Assembly (NCBI GenBank): GCA_025408425.1
Contig: JANXYX010000022.1
Coordinates: 52,937 to 116,936 of the forward strand
From: Granulicella sp.
GTDB lineage: Bacteria > Acidobacteriota > Terriglobia > Terriglobales > Acidobacteriaceae
Direction of reading: 5' to 3'
Length of the DNA: 64,000 bases
Position numbers and translations under genes: made by a program. This document shows, piece after piece, positions 52,401 to 58,970 of this stretch (positions are counted from its first letter, which is position 1; every line of letters begins with the position of its first letter). The notes under the pieces were generated by a model. It worked only from the letters and a program-made list of their open reading frames with translations, did no database searches and was not told the DNA's origin.

Positions 52401-52705
52401 CAAGCAGCACGATGACTGCTGCGAATCATGGGCCCGAAGGAGCACCTGGTCAACGCCGGAGCATACCGATTGCGCTTGGAATGCTCGGGCTGATTGGTTT
52501 GGGAGCAATACGGCGACACCGGAACCAGATGCCCCGCATGCTGATGCTGCTGCTACTTTGCGTCGCATCGCTACTACCGGTTGCGGCATTGACTGGTTGC
52601 GCAGGTGGTTACTTTGCGCTGACACCAAAAACATATTCAATTACAGTTACCGGCATTGAGGGTACGATCCAACACAGTGCAACTTCGACCCTTGTCGTGC
52701 AGTAG
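46409..52705 (+). CDS. 2098-aa secreted protein: N-terminal Ig-like domains, 7-blade FG-GAP/VCBS propeller, at least 15 further Ig-like repeats, and a C-terminal double hydrophobic tail
   Basis: Signal ..AVIVAIAALLGLPFAHA. Seven D-x-N/D-x-D-G ... G-N-G-D-G-T-F units span aa 240-575 (nt about 47126-48133). Repeated ..Y(S/G)GD.NNN.. Ig-like units of about 85-91 aa follow. The tail is described in the findings. Confidence 0.9.
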   Translation: MVPLRNPMTTMSSRSLRPAFLSRFRASHVRAVIVAIAALLGLPFAHASVQSTTTALAISSTSVPYRTPIILTATVTAGGSPVTAGLVLFCDASAAFCENNSALGFAQLTSPNATAVLKIGSGPLGAHSYKAVFLPNNLYAQSVSNTVTYSVIGTYTSTTSIGATGSVGNYTLSGTVVGIGSLFNGPTGTVSFLDASAGNNILGTQPLGSATLVDAFIQAPNSPFAIGTPTPPGNTETNRSVAIASAYLDGDNNLDVVTGDAFQTISVMLGNGDGSFRPKVNYPGCPQGKAMKILLSDVNRDGNTDVALGCSTGSTGGSIGGLVILLGNGDGTFQTPVEYLSGDVAGMAMGDFNGDGILDFVVTDGTQQDVKIFLGNGNGTFQSGVVALTPINHPHNVIVADLNGDGKDDLAFAVGTAVPSSALSDLYVALGNGDGTFHAATKVASQIGEFLTTGDTNADGIADVVSSTITLSVKIGNNLWVLIGKGDGTFQTPVNYISDIPSDPHLTDVNGDGKTDIIAGGSYGALVYVGNGDGTFQPYNEPVIGGFSLTYAVNAGDYNNDGNADLIGTDAATPRAAVALSEVQQTASAAALTGVAVFPLGSGTHNVDASYSGDARYTTSISNTTAVLAAPTPTTLTLSVVPSSASLAGQSITLTATLSPYTVGPPTTTTNGEAVKFYSGATLVGSGTLSNGVATLTTSTLPVGTNPLKAVFAGDSNYNPSNSGTVSVTVSNILIASSLNPSTYGQAVTFTATVAVAATGTVTFMDGGTALGTSAISGGMATFTTSSLLAATHDITGIYSGDGTHSAATSPDLFQVVNKASPTLTVGTSGASTYGGSVTITATLPTGVTGTVTFTSGGVTVGSGTVSGAGTVAITTSTLPAGSDTITASYGGDGNNNSATGSTTQTVAKATPVLPAPVATPSTPTTANSVTLTETVPSGVSGPVTFYNGATVLGTVPVSGGVATLSLPSLPLGANPITASTPGDSNNNPATSPTTTVTVIKATPTVTVTTSGPSTYGGTVTITAAVPPGTTGTVTISSGGVTLGSGTVNPTTGTVAISTTALPTGTDTITASYGGDANNNPATGTTTQTVSKTTPTVTVTTSGPSTYGGTVTITAAVPPGTTGTVTVTSGGVTLGSGTVDPTTGTVTITTTALPTGTDTITASYGGDVNNNPATGTTTQTVSKTTPTVTVTTSGPSNYGDPVTITTTVPVGTTGTVTVTSGGVTLGSGTVNPTTGTVTITTGSLPAGSNPITAIYGGDTNNNPNSGSTTQTVSKGSPTSTLTSSQNPSTVGSPVTFTDTLPTNVTGTVTFTSGGTVLGTATVTNGVATLTSSTLSAGSDPVTATYSGDANNNGSSASLTQSVNKDTPTLTVTTSGPSTYGGSVTITASLPPGPTGTVTITSGGVTLGTGVVGPTGIVTITTATLPVGSNTITASYSGDTSNNAVTGVTVQTVAKGAPTVTLTSSANPSTTTQPVTFTATLPGNTTGSVTFYDGSTVLGTGTIVNGVATLTVGSLTSGSHTVTASYSGDTNNNAGTSAPLTQVVNKTTPVLPAPGVSSASLNATSPETITEVVPAGVTGPVSFYNGSTLLGTATIVNGVATLTVPSLPIGTDLITATTPADADNNAAVSPATTVTVTKTSPVLDPPVVSTTTAVAGTPVTITEPIPPGVTGPVSIYDGPTLLGTVPVVNGTVTITVTTLPLGPNPITVVTPGTSTTNPATSPVVTVTITKAVATVTLTSSHNPALIGQSVTFTALTTVGTTGTVTFMDGATVLGIGTVNASGLATFTTSSLTAGSHTITAAYGGDTTYGTATSGVLSEVVTKAVSGIALIESSPTELLGTSVTFTATVTTASPTPTGTVTFFDGTTALGTTALSTNGSVVVTLATSGNAAYATSTLTAGSHQITAIFSGDSSFAGSSSAPVTNIVQDFTATTKGVTSQNVFPGDSTSYSFTLTPVGASTFLSNLTLTVTGLPTGANYTFTPATIAAGSGATDVVLNVQTSSTMTAANHGPEGAPGQRRSIPIALGMLGLIGLGAIRRHRNQMPRMLMLLLLCVASLLPVAALTGCAGGYFALTPKTYSITVTGIEGTIQHSATSTLVVQ
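49415..50233 (+). repeat. three tandem 273-bp (91-aa) near-identical intragenic repeats
   Basis: Unit starts at 49415, 49688 and 49961 (ACGCC[G/C/T]AC[A/G]GTGAC...). Units 1 and 2 differ at 6 of 91 aa by eye, with additional synonymous differences. Unit 3 is more diverged. Confidence 0.9.
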
Positions 52706-52712
52706 GAGACAG

Positions 52713-53291
52713 ATGACTTATCTCATCAGAGTTGCGCTGGTTGTATTGCTGTTGGTGGCACCCTGGGCTGCTCGTGCCCAGGCGATCCCTACGGGTATTT
52801 TCCAGGAAGATATCCCGAGGCTCGAGTTTGGTATGAACTACAACTACATTCATGCGAATGCCCCTCCGGGGCAGTGCGGTTGCTTCTCGCTGAATGGAGG
52901 AAGCGGGGTGCTGCTGGTGAATCTGACGCCAAAATGGAGCGCGGTAAGCGACGTTTCGGTATCTCATGCGAGCAATGTCAACGGAACAGGGCAGAGTATT
53001 ACGCTGATCCACTATCTGTTTGGGATGCGATATTCAAAGCGCAACCACACGCGCTTTGTTCCGTATGGGCAGGTGCTGTTTGGGGGTGCGAAAGAGGATG
53101 TGAACTTTCAGTTTGTGATCAATCGAAATGCCTTTGGACTGAGCGGCGGTGGAGGCGTTACGACACGGTTGAGCCGGAGGTTCGATCTGAATATCGTGCA
53201 GGTGGAGTATGTGCATACGCGGGTTCCGAATGGGCAGAATAATAGCCAGAACGATACTCGGGTGAGCACTGGAGTGTTCTACCGGTTCTAG
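52713..53291 (+). CDS. small (about 8-strand) outer-membrane beta-barrel protein
   Basis: An AGGAG RBS precedes the ATG at 52713, 8 nt after the giant gene's stop. Signal MTYLIRVALVVLLLVAPWAARAQA, alternating strands, and C-terminal ..GVFYRF. The track ORF starts earlier, at 52656. Confidence 0.75.
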   Translation: MTYLIRVALVVLLLVAPWAARAQAIPTGIFQEDIPRLEFGMNYNYIHANAPPGQCGCFSLNGGSGVLLVNLTPKWSAVSDVSVSHASNVNGTGQSITLIHYLFGMRYSKRNHTRFVPYGQVLFGGAKEDVNFQFVINRNAFGLSGGGGVTTRLSRRFDLNIVQVEYVHTRVPNGQNNSQNDTRVSTGVFYRF

Positions 53292-53363
53292 GGTAGCGGG
53301 AGTGTGAGACTGTTGTGGGGTCCGGGTGGTACTGTGTTTGCGGATTGCTCTGTGAGGTTTTGA

Positions 53364-54753
53364 GTGAACGTGCGACGCGGTGCGGAAGGTCTTTTGTGCG
53401 CAGGGCTGGTGGCCTTTGCGATTGGTCCAGTTGGGATGGCAGGGCAGACGGTGGCGACTCTGCCGCCGGTGCAGCTTACAGCAGAGCAGGATCATCAGCG
53501 GCTGATGGATCTGCTGCATATCACGTCGATTCGTCATGGCGCAGATGGTAACGCAACGTCTGCGTATGCGGCGAACTATGACGAGGGCAAGGCCAATCCG
53601 TGGCCGGTGCTGCCTGATCCGCTGGTACTGGCGAATGGGAAGAGAGTGAAGACTGCGAAGGTCTGGTGGAAGGAGCGGCGTCCGCAGATTGTGGAGGCGT
53701 TCGATCGTGAGATTTATGGGCGAATGCCGGGGAAGACTCCCAAGGTGAATTGGGAGGTGGTGAGCACAAGCCGCGAGATGCATGGCGATGTGCCGGTGGT
53801 CACCAAGAAACTGGTGGGGCATGTCGATCATTCGGAGTATCCGTTGGTTACTGTGGACATGCAGCTGACCCTGACGACGCCTGCGAGTGCGACGGGGCCG
53901 GTGCCGGTAATGATGGAGTTCGGATTCGTATTCCCAGTGCGTGCCGGGTTCACGCCACCACCGCCGCCTCCGGGGCCGACGTGGCAGCAGCAGGTTCTGG
54001 CGAAGGGCTGGGGGTATGCGGTTCTGTATCCGTATACGGTGCAGGCAGACAATGGCGCGGGGCTGACGCAGGGGATTATCGGGCTGGTGAATCATGGGCA
54101 GCCGCGCAAGCCGGATGACTGGGGCGCGTTGCGCGCGTGGGCGTGGGGCGCGAGTCGGGCGCTGGATTATTTTGAGACAGATTAAGGCAGTGGACGCGAA
54201 GCAGGTGGGGATTGAAGGGCACTCGCGATTCGGCAAAGCTACCTTGGTGGCGATGGCGTATGAGCCGCGGTTTGCGATTGCGTATGTGAGTTCTTCGGGT
54301 GAGGGTGGGGCTAAGCTGAATCGACGCAACTGGGGTGAGTTGGTGGAGAACGTTGCGGGGACAGGGGAGTATCACTGGATGGCTGGCAACTTCATCAAGT
54401 ATGCAGGGCCGTTGAATGCTGGCGACCTGCCTGTGGATGCTCATGAGTTGATTGCGTTGTGCGCGCCGCGACCGGTGTTTATTGGCGGTGGCGCAACCCA
54501 AGGGGATGGCTGGGTGGATGCGAAGGGGATGTTTATGGCCGCGGCCGCTGCGGGGCCGGTCTATCGATTGCTGGGGAGACGTGATTTAGGGACGGTTGAG
54601 TTTCCACCGATTGAGACGTCGTTGATCGATGGAGAAATCGGGTTTCGGCAGCATAGCGGGGGGCATACACCGGCACCGAACTGGCCCACGTTTCTGAGCT
54701 TTGCGGGCCGGTATATGAAAGCATCTATCGCCAGCCAGGCCGATACTCACTAG
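53364..54753 (+). pseudogene. CE15-like glucuronoyl esterase split by a frameshift near 54183
   Basis: ORF 53364-54185 ends ..WAWGASRALDYFETD*. ORF 54094-54753, in the +1 frame, continues ..KAVDAKQVGIEGHSRFGKATL.. with the nucleophile motif G-H-S-R-x-G. Together they form one esterase-sized protein with an N-terminal signal. Confidence 0.7.
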
Positions 54754-54762
54754 GGCTGCAGG

Positions 54763-56154
54763 CTAGCTGAAGGTGGATTCGAAGTTGTAGGGTACTCGTT
54801 GCGGACGGGAGAGCATGGCGTTGGCCTCTTCGTCGTTGTGGAAGCGCTCGCGTTCGGGGTCCCAGTGGAGACGACGTTTGGTCTTCATGGCGATGTGGTG
54901 GAGGAGGCAGGTGGAGCAGGCGCGGTGGCCGACTTCGACCGGTGCGGTGGGCTGTTTTCGGGTGCGGATGCACTCCAGCCAGTTGAGGTGTTGTTCGGCG
55001 CTGGTGTAGAGGTGGATCTCGTCGGGACCGATGACGGAGTCGAGGATCTTTGGATCGCTGGCGACGAGGGGTTGGATAGTGACTTTTTCGCCAGCGGCGG
55101 CGGTGGGTGAGGCTTGTTCATCGCGAGCGACGAAGATCCATCCCTTGGTTCCGTACCACTTGATGCCGTTGGGGAAGTCGCCGGAGATGTCCATGGTGAT
55201 GCCGTTGGCGTAGATGGCGTGGGTGAGGAATTTGCCGTGGACGTTCCAGAGGCCGTGGGTGGGGAACTCTGCGGAGCCCCAGATTTCGACGGGACCGGTG
55301 TACTCGGTGTTCATGCCCCAGTGTGCTGTATCGACGTGGTGAGCGCCCCAGCCGGTGATCATGCCTGCGCCGAACTGTTCCATGCGGAGCCAGCCGGGGC
55401 GGTCGTAACCCTGGAGGGGCATAACGCGATCGACGGTGTAGGGGACTTCTGGGGTGGAGCCTAACCATGCGTCGTAGTTGAAGTCGGCGGGGACGGGCAT
55501 GGGGGCGGGATCGCCGCCAGCGGGATCTCCGGGGAGGCCGATCTCTACGTGCTTGACGTCGCCGATGCGGCCGTTGCGGACGAGTTCGCAGGCGCGGTGG
55601 AACTGCTTCCAGGAGCGCTGCTGGCTGCCGATCTGAAGGATGCGCCCGGAGGCCTGGACGGCGTCCGAGAGGTAACGTCCTTCGGCGATGGTGAGGGAGG
55701 CAGGCTTTTGCAGGTAGACGTCTTTGCCGGCGCGGACGGCTGCAGCTGCCACGATGGCGTGCTGGTGGTCGGGGGTGCTGATGACTACGGCGTCGATGTC
55801 CTTGTTGGCGAGTAGAGCGTGGTAGTTGTGATAGCCGGTGACGCCGTCGTAGGGTTTGCCGGTCTTCTGGGAGTAGAAGTCATTGATGAGCTTCTTGCCC
55901 TCTTCGACGCGGTGGCCGGCGAGGTCGCAGACGGCCATGACGCGGGTTCCGTCTACCTTGAGGATGTTGGGCAGGTCGTGAACACGGGAGATTCGGCCTA
56001 CGCCGATGGCTCCGACATTGATGCGATTGCTGGGCGACATCTGGCCGAAGACGGAGGAGGGCAGGATGGTGGGGAAGCCGGCAACGGCTGCGGCACCCAA
56101 AGACGATTGGAGGAATCTGCGTCTTGACAGCGTGGTGATTTTCTTTGAGGTCAT
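54763..56154 (-). CDS. Gfo/Idh/MocA oxidoreductase with twin-arginine signal
   Basis: TAT signal LSRRRFLQSSLGAAAVAG. Rossmann INVGAIGVGRIS. 463 aa. Confidence 0.9.
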   Translation of the reverse strand: MTSKKITTLSRRRFLQSSLGAAAVAGFPTILPSSVFGQMSPSNRINVGAIGVGRISRVHDLPNILKVDGTRVMAVCDLAGHRVEEGKKLINDFYSQKTGKPYDGVTGYHNYHALLANKDIDAVVISTPDHQHAIVAAAAVRAGKDVYLQKPASLTIAEGRYLSDAVQASGRILQIGSQQRSWKQFHRACELVRNGRIGDVKHVEIGLPGDPAGGDPAPMPVPADFNYDAWLGSTPEVPYTVDRVMPLQGYDRPGWLRMEQFGAGMITGWGAHHVDTAHWGMNTEYTGPVEIWGSAEFPTHGLWNVHGKFLTHAIYANGITMDISGDFPNGIKWYGTKGWIFVARDEQASPTAAAGEKVTIQPLVASDPKILDSVIGPDEIHLYTSAEQHLNWLECIRTRKQPTAPVEVGHRACSTCLLHHIAMKTKRRLHWDPERERFHNDEEANAMLSRPQRVPYNFESTFS

Positions 56155-56183
56155 TACAGCGTTCTCCTATTGCCGGCTTGGGT

Positions 56184-57395
56184 CTAGCTTTTCAGGTGGA
56201 CGAACTGCGCCTTCATCTGAGCTTTGATGACGAGTTCTGCGGCGAGGAGGCACTGGGTCTGATCCTGCGCGATGTGGGTACGGTTGACGATGTCGGCGAC
56301 GAACTGCGGTCCGAAGGGGAGAGTGACGTTGTTGCAGTCGATGTAGCGCTGCTCGGTTTTGTTGACGAGGAAGAGATTGTTGCCGGACTTGTTTACGCCA
56401 ACGTTGGTGTATTTGCGGACTTCGATGTATCCCTCGGTGCCGAGGATGAAGAGACGACCGTCGCCCCAGGTGCCGAGGGCGTCGGGCGTGAACCAGTCGA
56501 GGCGGACGTAGCCGACGCCGCGATCGCCGCGGAGGGTCATGTCGCCGAAGTCCTGGAACCTGGGGTGCTGGGGGTGATTGATGTTGGAGATTTGGGAGGA
56601 GACAACTTCGGCCTCGGTGGAGCCGGTGTAGTAGAGGAACTGGTCTACCTGGTGGGAGCCGATGTCGCAGAGAATGCCGCCGTAGAGTTCTGGTTCCCAG
56701 AACCAGTCGGGCCTTGGGGATGCGCCACCTGCGAAGGTCTCGCCGGGGCGTGCGGGCTGGCTGACCTGATGGGGTGCGATGTTGATGGTCTGGATGACGC
56801 GTCCGATAGCACCGGCGTGGACGAGTTCTCCGGCCTTGACTGCTCCCTTAACTTCGAGCCGCTCGCTGTACATGATGCCGTAGATGCGCTTGGACTCAGC
56901 GATGGTTTTGCGGACCTCGGCGAGTTGGTCGAGGGTGGTGATGCCGGGCTTGTCGCTGAGGAAGTCCTTGCCGTGCTTCATGACGCGGACGCCGAGAGGG
57001 GCTCGATGACTGGCGATGGTGGAGCTTAGGACGAGTTGGATCGATGGGTCGTTGAGGATCTCGTCCTCGGAGTCGACCATTTTGGCGTCGGGGAATCTTT
57101 TGGCGAAGGCGGCGACCTTTTCTGGCTCCTCGCCTTTGAAGGAGACGAGGGTGCCGCCACCGCGCTGGATGGCGCCGACCATACCGTAGATGTGGTCATG
57201 GCTCATGCCGCAGACTGCGAATTTGATGGAGTTTTTGGGGGCAGCGGTGACGTCCTGGCCGGGGGCTGCGATCTCGTGGGTGATGGCACCCTCGCTGTTG
57301 TGCATTCCGAACGCGACTTCGGGGAGTGCGGAGATCATGCCAGTTGTGCCGATTGCCTTCAGGAAAGACCTTCTGTTGACTGCATCCATCTTCAT
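56184..57395 (-). CDS. Gfo/Idh/MocA oxidoreductase with twin-arginine signal
   Basis: Start placed at MKMDAVNRRSFLKAIGTTGMISA (TAT-like). Rossmann IKFAVCGMSHDH. The track ORF extends to 57467. Confidence 0.85.
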   Translation of the reverse strand: MKMDAVNRRSFLKAIGTTGMISALPEVAFGMHNSEGAITHEIAAPGQDVTAAPKNSIKFAVCGMSHDHIYGMVGAIQRGGGTLVSFKGEEPEKVAAFAKRFPDAKMVDSEDEILNDPSIQLVLSSTIASHRAPLGVRVMKHGKDFLSDKPGITTLDQLAEVRKTIAESKRIYGIMYSERLEVKGAVKAGELVHAGAIGRVIQTINIAPHQVSQPARPGETFAGGASPRPDWFWEPELYGGILCDIGSHQVDQFLYYTGSTEAEVVSSQISNINHPQHPRFQDFGDMTLRGDRGVGYVRLDWFTPDALGTWGDGRLFILGTEGYIEVRKYTNVGVNKSGNNLFLVNKTEQRYIDCNNVTLPFGPQFVADIVNRTHIAQDQTQCLLAAELVIKAQMKAQFVHLKS

Positions 57396-57607
57396 ATTGA
57401 GCCCTTTATGCCTTATTAATCTGGAACGAAGTTGGGGATTTGAACCGTTTGGCGTGCACGGACTCAAGGGTATTCCCCGCAGCGGAATAATACTTTGTTT
57501 GGAGACAAAATTTAAGGGGAACGTTTATCGGACAGATCGCAGTGAGGGTGGAATGAGTCGAGGCCGCCTTGAAGGCGGCCCCGAGAGGGTTATGGGTTGG
57601 AGGTGGC

Positions 57608-58846
57608 TCAGTCTGCAGCGACTGCGGCTTCCTCGTAGTCGGGGGTGAGGGCGCGGCCGCCTTTACCGACCCAGGTGCTGGTCCATCCCTTTGAGACGAA
57701 GCGGAGCATGATGAGGATGATGAAGGCAAGTGCGGCGTAGATGATGAATCCGGTGCTGTAGGAGCCGGTGCGCTGCTTGGACTGTCCGAGCAGGTTGGGC
57801 AGAATGCCACCTCCGAGTGCGCCGATCTCGCCGATCATGCCGCCAGCTACGGCGGTGGTGATGGGCCAGCGGAGGGGGACGAGTTGGAAGGTAGCTCCGT
57901 TGCCTGCGCCCAGTGCGGCGAAGCAGAGCATGAAGAGCAGCGTGGTGACGAGGAGCGAGGGCGCTGCCATGAGGCCGAAGAGTCCGGCGATGGCAACCAG
58001 GAAGATGACGGAGAGAGTGGTGATGCCGCCGATGCGATCCGCGAACCAGCCGCCGAGGACGCGAGTGGCGCTGCCGGTAAGGGTAGCGAGGACGGTAAGG
58101 CTGCCAGCCTGAATCTTAGTGACATGGAACTGCTTGACGAAGAAGGAGGGCAGGAAGGTGGCGAGGCCGATGAAGCCTCCGAAGGTGATGATGTAGATGA
58201 AGTTGAAGGCCCAGCCATCTTTTTCCCAGAGGCATTTGAGGTGCTGGCTGAGGGTCTGGTGCTCGATATCTGGTGGCTCTTTGGCGAAGATGATCATGAC
58301 GATCAAGGGGAGCAACATCATGGCGGCTGCGAAGCCGTAGACGTGCTGCCAGCCGAAGTGGGTGGCGAGGCGTGGGGCGAAGAGTGCGGCGAGTGCGGTT
58401 CCGCTGTTGCCTGCGCCGGCTATTCCCATTGCGAGGCCTTTGTATTTGGGTGGGAACCAGCCTGAGCCGAGTGAGAGCGCGACTCCGAAGCTGGCTCCGG
58501 CGATTCCGAGGAGCACTCCCATGCCGAGGACGTCATTGAATGATTTGACGAAGAAGAATCCGTAGAGCAGGGCGATGACGATTGCGGACATTTCGACGAT
58601 GGCGGCCTTTTTTCTGCCGATGTACTGCGACAAGACGCCGAGTGGGAAGCGCATGAAGGCGCCAGCGAGGGTGGGGACTGAGACCATGAGGCCGACCTGG
58701 CCCTGGGTGAGGTGGAACTGCTCGGTGATGAATGGGCCCATTGCTCCGTTCAGCACCCAGACTGCGAAGCTGAAGTCGAAGTAAAGAAAGGCGGCGAAAA
58801 GAGTGGGTGGATGTCCCGACTTTAGAAATGCCTTGTAGCTTGCCAT
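57608..58846 (-). CDS. narK: MFS nitrate/nitrite porter (NNP, NarK/NasA-type)
   Basis: 12-TM MFS with the NNP signature GIAGAGNSGTA. Start placed at MASYKAFLKSG..; the track ORF extends to 58909. Confidence 0.8.
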   Translation of the reverse strand: MASYKAFLKSGHPPTLFAAFLYFDFSFAVWVLNGAMGPFITEQFHLTQGQVGLMVSVPTLAGAFMRFPLGVLSQYIGRKKAAIVEMSAIVIALLYGFFFVKSFNDVLGMGVLLGIAGASFGVALSLGSGWFPPKYKGLAMGIAGAGNSGTALAALFAPRLATHFGWQHVYGFAAAMMLLPLIVMIIFAKEPPDIEHQTLSQHLKCLWEKDGWAFNFIYIITFGGFIGLATFLPSFFVKQFHVTKIQAGSLTVLATLTGSATRVLGGWFADRIGGITTLSVIFLVAIAGLFGLMAAPSLLVTTLLFMLCFAALGAGNGATFQLVPLRWPITTAVAGGMIGEIGALGGGILPNLLGQSKQRTGSYSTGFIIYAALAFIILIMLRFVSKGWTSTWVGKGGRALTPDYEEAAVAAD

Positions 58847-58970
58847 ATAAGTTTCCTCGATGTCCTTCCAGGAGAGATTTAGCGTTGCGTGTCTGTTTAA
58901 GTCAGGCATGAACGTCGGGGTTCATCGGTGCTATGCGGAGTGACCTTCCGGCGGCTTGGGCGGAAGGGTT

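Noticed and set aside
53364-54753. Treating 53364-54185 and 54094-54753 as two separate genes.
   Set aside because: The first lacks the catalytic half and the second lacks a signal and the N-terminal half. They abut in sequence order of a single esterase family, so they were called as one frameshifted gene.
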